64,000 nt of DNA, taken from the NCBI GenBank assembly GCA_963697335.1, contig CAVONQ010000003.1, positions 32,001-96,000 on the forward strand. Direction: 5' to 3'. The notes below the pieces were generated by a model. The model was not told the DNA's origin. It ran no database searches and was given only the letters and a program-made list of their open reading frames with translations. Below, in pieces: positions 41,809 to 53,453 of this stretch. Within the stretch, counting starts at the first letter, position 1. The number at the start of each line of letters is the position of its first letter. This stretch comes from an uncultured cyanobacterium (GTDB taxonomy: Bacteria > Cyanobacteriota > Cyanobacteriia > PCC-6307 > Cyanobiaceae). Both the position numbers and the translations under genes were made by a program.

Positions 41809-43157
41809 AGGTAAGCCAGGAGCATTGAGATCAGGCTGCGTGCCTCATTGGAGAACACGCCCTGGCGTTTGAGCAGCCGCTCGATCTGGCCGAGGGTCAT
41901 CCAGCGCAGCGCTGGCGAGCTGGGCAGCGCATCGGCCTCCGCCATCAGGGCGATGCTGTAGCGGGCCACGGAGCGGTAGAAGCGCCCCCCCTCATCGGAA
42001 TGAAGGCTGCTGAGCACGGGGGTGGCCCGCCCGCACAGCTCTGCCAGCAGAAGCTCCTCGGCATCCAGCTCCGGCACGGGAGAGGGGGCGCCGCCGGCAT
42101 CCTGCAGGGCCGGGCCGTACTGAAACCTCTCCCGGAAGCCGATCTCGGCGCGGGCGCGGAACAGCAGGTGCAGCACCCCGTTGAAGCGGCTGCCCAGCAG
42201 CACCGCCGTGCCCTGACGCTCCTGGGCCACGATCGGCTGATCCCAGCTCTGCACTTCACGTTCGCTGGAGCGTACCGCCACCTGGCGGACATCGAAGCTG
42301 CCCGCCGGCCCCAGCAGGCGCGGCTGGCGGCCCTCCAGCCAGTCCAGCTCCCCATCCAGCGACACGGTGCGCACCTGAAAGGGGTGGCTCTGGCGTAGCT
42401 GCTCCAGGGCCGCCAGGATCTCTGCCTCGCTGCTCAGCGCCTCGCTGGGCGGGGCGGCGTAGGAGCGCAGCAGACTCTCACCGATCCCCCCCTGGCCGTG
42501 CCAGCGACTGAAGGGCACCGCCCCGCCGGCCAGCAGCGACCAGTCCGAACTGGCCAGCACCGAGCGGGCATCGGTGTTGATCTGGAAGTCGGTGCCCAGA
42601 AGGGCACACACCTCGGGCAGCGGGGCCCAGCGATAGCCCTCCGCCGTGTCGAGGGCCAGCTCCGCTGGCACCTCCACGGTCATGTTGCGGTTGTACTTGC
42701 CCAGGAAGCGGGTGCCCTGCTCCGACTGAAGGCTGTCGGCATGCACCCGGGCGGCCGGATGGCCGGTGAAGAAGTCGAGAAACGGGGTGGCCTTGCCGTG
42801 GTGCAGGCGCTGGTAGTTGCTGCGGGTGGCCTGCACCGAGGGAGCGGCCTGGCAGAGGCCGATGTTGCCTGGTTCGGGCTTGGCCTGGATCAGCAGATGG
42901 GGCACACCACCCCGGCGCTGCAGCAGAAAGCCGAGGATGCCGATCTCAGGCTGGTTGATCAGGGGCTGGCGCAGGGTGACGCTGGACGCGTTCTCGGCCT
43001 CCACCGCCACGATGCTGAAGAAGCCGCCGGAGTGGTGCTGCAGGGCGCCGTCGCTGTAGTGCCACTCCCGCGAGTGCCGCCAAGGAATCTCCTCCACATG
43101 CATGTCGCAGGTCTGGCGGCGATGGTCCAACCAGGACAGCAGCGACTCAGGCGGCAT
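41805..43157 (-). CDS. NDP-hexose 2,3-dehydratase (EvaA/OleV/TylX3 family)
   Basis: Two-domain repeat with GGFFSI, QPEIGILG, QAKPEPGN, PSVQATRSNY, QSEQGTRF..K.NRNM, WDQPIV, SDEGGRFY, NEARSL. Confidence 0.88.
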   Translation of the reverse strand: MPPESLLSWLDHRRQTCDMHVEEIPWRHSREWHYSDGALQHHSGGFFSIVAVEAENASSVTLRQPLINQPEIGILGFLLQRRGGVPHLLIQAKPEPGNIGLCQAAPSVQATRSNYQRLHHGKATPFLDFFTGHPAARVHADSLQSEQGTRFLGKYNRNMTVEVPAELALDTAEGYRWAPLPEVCALLGTDFQINTDARSVLASSDWSLLAGGAVPFSRWHGQGGIGESLLRSYAAPPSEALSSEAEILAALEQLRQSHPFQVRTVSLDGELDWLEGRQPRLLGPAGSFDVRQVAVRSSEREVQSWDQPIVAQERQGTAVLLGSRFNGVLHLLFRARAEIGFRERFQYGPALQDAGGAPSPVPELDAEELLLAELCGRATPVLSSLHSDEGGRFYRSVARYSIALMAEADALPSSPALRWMTLGQIERLLKRQGVFSNEARSLISMLLAYL

Positions 43158-43226
43158 GGGCAGGAATGGGGAGCAGGGGGCCGCAGGGCTTTGCGAGGGG
43201 ACGCTAATCCTGCCCCCGTCTCGCCC

Positions 43227-44267
43227 TCAGCTCGCCACGTAGGCCTCCACGGCGCTGCCGAGGCGGCGCAGGCCAGCCAGCCCGTCCCGCTCCAGGTTGC
43301 GCACCCGGTCACGGCTGATGCCCAGCACCCGACCGATCCCGGTGAGGCTCATCGGTTCGGCCACGTCGGCCGACTCGGGATCGATGCCGTAGCGCATCTT
43401 CAGCACCCGCCCCTGCAGTTCCGGCAGCTGCTCCAGCAGCGCCCGCAGGTCCCCCTTCAGGCACTCCCCGTCCACCCGGTCCTCCGGCAGCTCACCGTCC
43501 CCGGCCAGCAGGTCCAGCAGCTCCGTGTCCTCGCCATCCCCCACCTTCGTCTCCAGACTCACCGGCTGCCGCGCCCGGCACAGCAGATCCTTCACCTCCT
43601 CCTCCGGCAGCTCCACAAACACCGCCAGCTCGCTCACCGTGGGCGTGCGGCCCAGCTCCTGGCTCAGTTCCCGCTGGCCCTTCTTCAGCTTGTTCAGTGT
43701 TTCGGTGATATGGATCGGCAGCCGGATCGTGCGGCTCTTCTCCGCGATCGCCCGCGTGATCCCCTGGCGGATCCACCAGTACGCATACGTACTGAACTTG
43801 TAGCCCCGCGTCGGGTCGAACTTCTCCACACCCCGCACCAGGCCGATCGTGCCCTCCTGGATCAGGTCCAGCAGTTCCATGTTCCGCTTGGTGTACTTCT
43901 TCGCCACGCTCACCACCAGCCGCAGGTTCGCCGCCACCATCCGCTCCTTCGCCCGACGGCCCGCCTGCAGACGCTTCTTCAGCACCGGCACGCTCAGGCC
44001 CGCCGCCGACGCCAGCTCCACCTGCTCCGGCGCCGTGCCGCCGGCACGCATCGTCAGCTCCTGCTCAATCTCCTCCAGAGCCATCAGCTCCTGCACCTGG
44101 CGGCCCAGGGTGATCTCCTGCTCATGGCTCAGCAACGGCACCCGGCCGATGTCACGCAGGTAGCTGCGCACCAGGTCCCCATCCACAGCGGGCATGGAGC
44201 GGGCTGGGCGCTCGGAGCGCTGGGCGCGGGGGGCGGTGATGGGGGTAGGGGCAATGGCGATGGTCAT
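43227..44267 (-). CDS. Group-2 RpoD/SigA-family sigma factor
   Basis: [44 protein letters not shown], region-4 HTH. Confidence 0.93.
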   Translation of the reverse strand: MTIAIAPTPITAPRAQRSERPARSMPAVDGDLVRSYLRDIGRVPLLSHEQEITLGRQVQELMALEEIEQELTMRAGGTAPEQVELASAAGLSVPVLKKRLQAGRRAKERMVAANLRLVVSVAKKYTKRNMELLDLIQEGTIGLVRGVEKFDPTRGYKFSTYAYWWIRQGITRAIAEKSRTIRLPIHITETLNKLKKGQRELSQELGRTPTVSELAVFVELPEEEVKDLLCRARQPVSLETKVGDGEDTELLDLLAGDGELPEDRVDGECLKGDLRALLEQLPELQGRVLKMRYGIDPESADVAEPMSLTGIGRVLGISRDRVRNLERDGLAGLRRLGSAVEAYVAS

Positions 44268-44353
44268 GCTTCAGGCCCTTGAACTTTGGTTAAGCCTAAC
44301 CTAAAGAAGTGTGAACGCTCTCTCATCTAGGTCCCAAGGCCGGCCCCGGGCCT

Positions 44354-45766
44354 TCAGCCCATGCCGAAGTGGCCGATCAGCCAGCCCGCCGTGCTCAGGT
44401 AAATGAACACCCCGGCCACGTCGGTGGCGGTGGTGATGAACGGCGCCGACATCAGCGCCGGATCCAGCTTGAGGCGATCGAAGAGCAGCGGCAGCGCCGC
44501 CCCTGCCGTGGCCGCCAGGGTGGTGATCGCCAGCAGACTGATCCCCACCGAGAGGCCCACCAGGGGGCCTTCGCCGCGCCACCAGGCCCAGGGCACCACC
44601 ACCACCAGCATCAGCAGGCCCAGCAGGGCGCCGGCCACCGCCTCCCGCGCGATCGTGCGCCAGGCCCCCAGCGCCTGGATCCGCTGGGTGCTGAGGCCGC
44701 GGATCACCACGGTGGAGCTCTGGGCGCCGACGTTGCCGCCCGTGCCGATCAGCAGCGGAATGAAGGCCGCCAGCAGCACCACCTGGTTGAGCACCTCGCC
44801 CTGCAGGGCGATCACCTCGGATGTGAAGCCGTTGGCCACCACCAGCACCGAGAGCCACACCACCCGGCGCCGCGCCACGGTGAACAGGTTGCTCTGGAAA
44901 TAGTCGTCCTCATCACCGGCCTGCACGGCGCCGGCGGCGTAGAGGTCGCGGGTGGCCTCCTGCTCGATCACGTCGATCACGTCGTCCACCGTGACGATCC
45001 CCACCAGCCGCTCCTCCCGATCCACCACGGGCACGGCCAGGAAGTCGTAGCGCTGGATGGCGCGGGCCACCTCCTCCTGGTCGGTCTCGGTGGACACGCT
45101 CACCACCTCCCGGGTCATGACATCGCCGATGCGGTCCTGGGGGTCGGCCACCACCAGATCCCGCAGCGACAGGATGCCGGTGAGGTGGCGGGAGCCGTCG
45201 GTCACATAGAGGGAATAGATGGTCTCGGTGTCGCGGGCCCGCCGACGCACCAGGTCCAGGGCCTGGGCCGCGCTGTGGAACTCCTTCAGATCGATGAATT
45301 CCGTGGTCATCAGGCGCCCCGCCGTCTCTGCCGCGTAGCCCAGCAACTGGGCCGTGACGCGCCGCTCCGCCGGGCTCAGCTCCGCCAGCAGCCGGCGCAC
45401 CACCTTGGCCGGCAACTCGTCGAACAGCCGCACCCGGTCGTCCGGCGACATGCTCTCCACCAGCTCCAGCACCTCGCCGGAGCGCAGCCGGTCCAGCAGG
45501 CTCTGCTGCACGGCACCGTCGAGGTATTCGTACACCTCGATCGCCTCGTCCTTGGGCAGCAGCCGGAAGGCCAGGGCCTGCAGGGTGCGCGGCAGGGTGC
45601 CGATCGCCTCGGCGATGTCCACCTCCTGCACGGGCTGCAGCAGCAGCTTGGCGCCGTCGTAGTTGCCGGCCTCCAGCAGGGTGGCCAACTGCCGGGACAC
45701 CACCTCGGCCACCATGACGCGGCCGCCGCCCGCCAGCTCCTGGTTCGGGGCCTTCGCCTCGCTCAT
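44354..45766 (-). CDS. mgtE: Magnesium transporter MgtE
   Basis: TAGRLMTTEF, CBS pair, GGNVGAQ, DPALMSAPFITTATD. Confidence 0.95.
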   Translation of the reverse strand: MSEAKAPNQELAGGGRVMVAEVVSRQLATLLEAGNYDGAKLLLQPVQEVDIAEAIGTLPRTLQALAFRLLPKDEAIEVYEYLDGAVQQSLLDRLRSGEVLELVESMSPDDRVRLFDELPAKVVRRLLAELSPAERRVTAQLLGYAAETAGRLMTTEFIDLKEFHSAAQALDLVRRRARDTETIYSLYVTDGSRHLTGILSLRDLVVADPQDRIGDVMTREVVSVSTETDQEEVARAIQRYDFLAVPVVDREERLVGIVTVDDVIDVIEQEATRDLYAAGAVQAGDEDDYFQSNLFTVARRRVVWLSVLVVANGFTSEVIALQGEVLNQVVLLAAFIPLLIGTGGNVGAQSSTVVIRGLSTQRIQALGAWRTIAREAVAGALLGLLMLVVVVPWAWWRGEGPLVGLSVGISLLAITTLAATAGAALPLLFDRLKLDPALMSAPFITTATDVAGVFIYLSTAGWLIGHFGMG

Positions 45767-45850
45767 CGGCTCGCAGCCCAGGAACAGGAAGTTTATGGGC
45801 CGGGGCCCGGGGGCCAGTCGCTAGGGTCCGGCTCCCGAACTCGAGCCTGC

Positions 45851-46321
45851 ATGACCGTGAACGTGAGCAATGTGGTGGTGCGGGATGCCGCCGGCGGCCA
45901 GCGTCGCCTGGGCGAGTGGGGCGGCCAGGTGCTGCTGATCGTGAACCTGGCCAGCCGCTGTGGCTTCACCCGCCAGTACGCCGGGCTCCAGAAGCTGCAC
46001 GAGACCTACGGCCCCAAAGGCCTGGCGGTGCTCGGCTTCCCCTGCAACGACTTCGGGGCCCAGGAGCCCGGCAGCCTGGAGGAGATCCAGCAGTTCTGCT
46101 CCAGCACCTACGGCGCCGAGTTCACCCTGTTCGACAAGGTGGCGATGGCGGAAGACCCCTACACCACCCTCACCCAGGCGGAGCCGAGCGGGCCGGTGGC
46201 CTGGAACTTCGAGAAGTTCCTGGTGGGCAAGGACGGCACGGTGCTGGCCCGGTTCAAGAGCGGCGTGGAGCCCGAGGCCGGTGAGCTGACCGCCGCCATC
46301 GAGGCGGCCCTGGCTGCCTGA
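45851..46321 (+). CDS. Cys-type glutathione peroxidase-like protein
   Basis: NLASRCGFT, GFPCNDFG, WNFEKFL. Confidence 0.92.
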   Translation: MTVNVSNVVVRDAAGGQRRLGEWGGQVLLIVNLASRCGFTRQYAGLQKLHETYGPKGLAVLGFPCNDFGAQEPGSLEEIQQFCSSTYGAEFTLFDKVAMAEDPYTTLTQAEPSGPVAWNFEKFLVGKDGTVLARFKSGVEPEAGELTAAIEAALAA

Positions 46322-46651
46322 TCAGCCCGGCAGCCAGCCCCGGCGCTGCCCGCCTGGGCTGGCCAGCTCCACCTGCAGCCAGCGCTGACCATCTGGGCGC
46401 GACCAGACGCGCAGCAGCCTCAGCGGCTCGCCGACCGCCGCAGCGGTGATCGTGGGGGCCTGGCGCTCGGGGGCGCAGCGCAGCGCCAGGGGCACGGGGC
46501 TGAGCAGGGGCTCGCGGCTGCTCTGGCGTCGACGCAGCTCCGGCATGCGCCAGTCGGCGCCCCCGGCCGGCAGGCCAGCGGGCACCAACAGAGCGAACCC
46601 CAGCAGGGCCGCCCAGCGCCACGGTGTGAGCAACGGTGCGACGGGACCCAT
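46322..46651 (-). CDS. Small exported SH3-like domain protein
   Basis: Signal-like N-terminus, LRCAP...WLQV...RGWL pattern; abuts the gyrB stop. Confidence 0.65.
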   Translation of the reverse strand: MGPVAPLLTPWRWAALLGFALLVPAGLPAGGADWRMPELRRRQSSREPLLSPVPLALRCAPERQAPTITAAAVGEPLRLLRVWSRPDGQRWLQVELASPGGQRRGWLPG

Positions 46652-49730
<3,079 letters not shown>

Positions 49731-49804
49731 AAGGTGTGCTTGTGAGGGGCTGCTAGCGCCCTGCACCCGTCAGACCCTCACCCCCCAGATCCTCACCCCA
49801 CTGA

Positions 49805-50434
49805 ATGCCCCGTCCCCGTTTTGACCGCCGTGCTCCCGTTCGGGAGCTGCCCAACATCAATGAGCGCATCAACTACCCCCAGCTCAGGGTGGTCGACGCC
49901 GACGGCAGTCAACTGGGAGTGATCACCCGCGAGGCGGCCCTGGATGTGGCCAAGGACCGTGAACTCGATCTGGTGCTGGTGAGCGAGAAGGCCGATCCGC
50001 CCGTGTGCCGGATCATGGATTACGGCAAGTACAAGTTCGAGCAGGAAAAGAAAGCCAAGGAAGCCAAGAAGAAGTCGCATCAGACGGAAGTCAAAGAAGT
50101 CAAGATGCGCTACAAAATCGATCAGCATGACTACGACGTGCGCATTGGCCAGGCTTCCCGCTTTCTCAAGGCCGGCGACAAGGTGAAGTGCACCGTGATC
50201 TTCCGCGGTCGCGAGATTCAGCACACCGCCCTGGCCGAGGTGTTGCTGCACCGCATGGCCCGCGATCTGGAGACGGCGGCCGAAATCCAGCAGCCCCCCA
50301 AGCGGGAAGGTCGCAACATGATCATGTTTCTCACCCCCCGCAAGGCGACGGTGCCCAAGGCCGGCTCGGCCTCGGCTGCGGCCAAGCCCGCCACTCCAAG
50401 CCCGTTCCCGTCAAGGCGGCCCCTCGGGTGGTGA
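49805..50434 (+). CDS. infC: Translation initiation factor IF-3
   Basis: [31 protein letters not shown]. Confidence 0.97.
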   Translation: MPRPRFDRRAPVRELPNINERINYPQLRVVDADGSQLGVITREAALDVAKDRELDLVLVSEKADPPVCRIMDYGKYKFEQEKKAKEAKKKSHQTEVKEVKMRYKIDQHDYDVRIGQASRFLKAGDKVKCTVIFRGREIQHTALAEVLLHRMARDLETAAEIQQPPKREGRNMIMFLTPRKATVPKAGSASAAAKPATPSPFPSRRPLGW

Positions 50435-50560
50435 CCAGAACCGCCGAGTCCAGAAGCGTCGAAGCCTCGGCCAGCGAATCCAGCCCGGCGGCACCCCGTC
50501 CGGTCGATCCCAGCCCGGCCGGATGATCTGCTGAGGCCTCTGGAGCTCTCCCGCAGCAGC

Positions 50561-51331
50561 TCAGCCCAGGCGACGGGCGAACAGCTCCAGCATCAGCCGC
50601 CAACCCTCGGCGGCCGCCGCGGGGTTGTGGTCGGCCCGCTGCTCGCACATGTAGCCATGGCCCGCGCCGGGGGCCAGCACCAGCCGGCGCAGGCGAGCCG
50701 GGTCGCGGCGGCTGTCGGCCGCGAGGGCGGCGGCGATGGCCTGCCGCTCCGGCTCAGGCATCAGGGGATCCTCAGCCCCGCAGAGGCAGAGCAGATCCCC
50801 GGGAATCCCAGGCAGCTGCTCCAGGGTGGGCGGGCCACCGCCTGGACGGAACACCGACACCCGGGCGCCATAGAAGTCGCAGGTGGCGGCCACCCCCTCC
50901 AGGCCGGCCACCAGCAGGGCCAGATGGCCGCCGAAACAGAAGCCCACACAGCCCACGGCACGGCCCTCCAACCCGGGCTGGCCCTGCAGCCAGGCGACGG
51001 CGCGGCGGGCGTCTTCGAGGCAGCCGGCGGCCGTCACCCGGTCGCGGTGCCGGCGGCCGAGCTCCAGGCCTGCGGCGTCGTAGCCCACCTCGAACTGCGG
51101 AGCGGTGCGGGCAAAGATCGGCAGGGCCAGGGCCCCATAGCCCTCGGCCGCCAGACGGTCGGCCACGCTGCGCACCCAGGCGTTGACACCGAACACCTCC
51201 GGCAGCACCAGCACGGCGGCCCGGGGGGCGCCGCTGGCCGGCCGCGACCACCAGCAGCGCAGGGGCGGCTGATCCTGGCCCGGCAGCTGCTGCCAGGCCG
51301 AGAGCACCGGGCGGGAGGCGGAATCAGCCAT
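50561..51331 (-). CDS. Dienelactone hydrolase family protein
   Basis: PEVFGVN, GFCFGG nucleophile, AGHGY. Confidence 0.9.
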   Translation of the reverse strand: MADSASRPVLSAWQQLPGQDQPPLRCWWSRPASGAPRAAVLVLPEVFGVNAWVRSVADRLAAEGYGALALPIFARTAPQFEVGYDAAGLELGRRHRDRVTAAGCLEDARRAVAWLQGQPGLEGRAVGCVGFCFGGHLALLVAGLEGVAATCDFYGARVSVFRPGGGPPTLEQLPGIPGDLLCLCGAEDPLMPEPERQAIAAALAADSRRDPARLRRLVLAPGAGHGYMCEQRADHNPAAAAEGWRLMLELFARRLG

Positions 51332-51456
51332 CGGCAAAGGGGCAGCTCGGGGGGATTCTGGCCACGAACCGGCACAGCTCCGTATGCCAACGGGGGGATT
51401 GTCCGCAGGGCGCAGGCTCCGTAAGGTGAGTTCCTGCTCCCCTGGCCCACTCCTGC

Positions 51457-52446
51457 GTGCGATTTCACATCCAACAGGAAAGCGATATCCCGGCGTCGAC
51501 CCAGCTGTACAACCAGATCTGCTTCGCGATCGCGGCGCGTCACTACCCGCCAGGCCACCGCTTGCCCAGCACGCGCCAGCTGGCCATGCAGACCGGCCTG
51601 CACCGCAACACGATCAGCAAGGTGTACCGGCAGCTGGAAACCGACGGCGTGGTGGAAGCCATGGCGGGCTCCGGCATCTACGTGCGCGACCAGCAGAAGC
51701 CCCGCGAAATCAAGCCGCCGCCCGGCCCCCGCAGCCGGGCCCTGCCGGATGCGGAACGCCAGGTGCGCGAGAGCATTGACGGCCTGCTGAACGGGGGCTG
51801 CACCCTGCAGCAGGCCCGCGACCTGCTCACCCGGGAGATCGACTGGCGGCTGCGCTGTGGTGCCCGGGTGTTGGTGAGCACGCCGCGGGAAGACATCGGC
51901 GCCTCCCTGCTGATCGCCGAGGAGCTGGTGCCCAACCTCGAGGTGCCGGTGGAAGTGGTGCCGATGGAGGAGCTCGAGGGGGTGCTGGAAACCTCCAACA
52001 ACGGCACGGTGGTGACCAGCCGCTACTTCCTGCAGCCGGTGGAGGCGATCGCCAAGCGCCATGGGGTGCGGGCGGTGCCGGTGGATCTCAACGACTTCCA
52101 CCAGGAGCTCAACCTGCTCAAGGAGCTGCGGGCCGGCAGCTGCGTCGGCCTGGTGAGCATCAGTCCTGGAGTGCTGCGGGCCGCCGAGGTGATCCTGCAC
52201 AGCCTGCGGGGCAACGAGCTGCTGGTGATGACCGCCAATCCCGACACCGGCAGCCGGCTGCTGGCGTTGCTGCGGGCGGCGGGCCATGTGCTCTGCGACC
52301 GGCCCAGCCTGCCGCTGGTGGAGCAGAGCCTGCGCCAGAACCGCTCCCAGCTGATGCGCATGCCCGTGGTGCACTGCGCCCAGAGCTACCTCGGTGGTGC
52401 CACCATCGACCAGCTGCGCAAAGAAATCGGCGTGCTGGCCGCCTGA
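51457..52446 (+). CDS. plmA: GntR-family regulator, cyanobacterial PlmA type
   Basis: LPSTRQLAMQTGLHRNTISKVY HTH plus long cyanobacterial C-terminal domain (VVTSRYF). Confidence 0.8.
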   Translation: MRFHIQQESDIPASTQLYNQICFAIAARHYPPGHRLPSTRQLAMQTGLHRNTISKVYRQLETDGVVEAMAGSGIYVRDQQKPREIKPPPGPRSRALPDAERQVRESIDGLLNGGCTLQQARDLLTREIDWRLRCGARVLVSTPREDIGASLLIAEELVPNLEVPVEVVPMEELEGVLETSNNGTVVTSRYFLQPVEAIAKRHGVRAVPVDLNDFHQELNLLKELRAGSCVGLVSISPGVLRAAEVILHSLRGNELLVMTANPDTGSRLLALLRAAGHVLCDRPSLPLVEQSLRQNRSQLMRMPVVHCAQSYLGGATIDQLRKEIGVLAA

Positions 52447-52486
52447 GCCTCGGGGCTTCCAGCGGCCTTGAGCCGGGGGGCTGAAA

Positions 52487-52558
52487 AGCGGATGAAGAGA
52501 TTCGAACTCTCGACCCTCTCCTTGGCAAGGAGATGCTCTACCACTGAGCTACATCCGC
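52487..52558 (-). tRNA. tRNA-Gly(GCC), CCA not encoded
   Basis: GCGGATG TAGCTCAGTGGTAGAGC ATCTCC TTGCCAA GGAGA GGGTC GAGAG TTCGAAT CTCTT CATCCGC T cloverleaf. Confidence 0.97.
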
Positions 52559-52679
52559 AATCCCGAACGGCCTGCGGCTGAAACCGCTGACGGGACTGGG
52601 CCGGCGATGCCGACCCGCTGATCATGCACGAGCGGGTACCCCTCGGTCAAACGCCTCCGGGCTCCGGCAGGATGCCTGC

Positions 52680-53429
52680 ATGCTCAAGGCAATCCAGGCC
52701 GACCTGGCGATCATCAAGGATCGGGACCCTGCCGCTCGAGGGGTTGTGGAGATCCTGCTGTGCTATCCGGGGCTGCATGCCCTGGTGCTGCACCGCATCA
52801 GCCACCGGCTCTGGAGCACGGGCCTGCCGATCCTGCCGCGACTGCTGAGCCAGGTGGGTCGGCTGCTGACCGGCATCGAGATCCACCCCGGGGCCCGGAT
52901 CGGCCATGGCGTGTTCATCGACCACGGCATGGGCGTGGTGATCGGTGAAACCACCGAGGTGGGCAACAACTGCCTGCTGTATCAGGGCGTGACCCTGGGC
53001 GGCACGGGCAAGGCCCACGGCAAGCGTCATCCCACCCTGGCGGAGAACGTGGTGGTGGGGGCCGGTGCCAAGGTGCTGGGCGCGATCACCGTGGGGGCCA
53101 ACACCCGCATCGGCGCCGGCTCGGTGCTGCTGCGGGACGTGGGCCCGGACAGCACGGTGGTGGGCATTCCCGGCCGGGTGGTGCACCAGAGCGGCGTGCG
53201 GGTGGATCCCCTAGCCCACTCCGCCCTGCCCGACACGGAGGCCCGGGTGATCCGCAACCTGATGGAGCGGATCGACAACCTGGAGGGCGAACTGGCCAGA
53301 GCCCAGTCCTGCCTGCGGGAGATCGCCGCCGGGCGGCCCTTGCCTGAACCCTGCCGGGGCGAGGCCCAGAGCCTCAAAGATCGCGAGATCCTCGAGTTCC
53401 TGGGCGACAACCCAGGCACCACCCGCTGA
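52680..53429 (+). CDS. cysE: Serine O-acetyltransferase
   Basis: RDPAA, TGIEIHPGA, FIDHGMGVVIGET, GGTGK..GKRHP. Confidence 0.95.
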   Translation: MLKAIQADLAIIKDRDPAARGVVEILLCYPGLHALVLHRISHRLWSTGLPILPRLLSQVGRLLTGIEIHPGARIGHGVFIDHGMGVVIGETTEVGNNCLLYQGVTLGGTGKAHGKRHPTLAENVVVGAGAKVLGAITVGANTRIGAGSVLLRDVGPDSTVVGIPGRVVHQSGVRVDPLAHSALPDTEARVIRNLMERIDNLEGELARAQSCLREIAAGRPLPEPCRGEAQSLKDREILEFLGDNPGTTR

Positions 53430-53453
53430 CGGTCAACGGCTGGTCGGCGCCGC

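Noticed and set aside
45851..46321. Selenocysteine glutathione peroxidase, or the 650-aa ORF 44369-46321 as a fusion
   Set aside because: The active-site codon is Cys (TGT); the long upstream part is just the antisense of mgtE.
52440..52680. tRNA-Gly as an integration site
   Set aside because: No integrase, no duplicated tRNA 3' end seen, and core genes on both sides.
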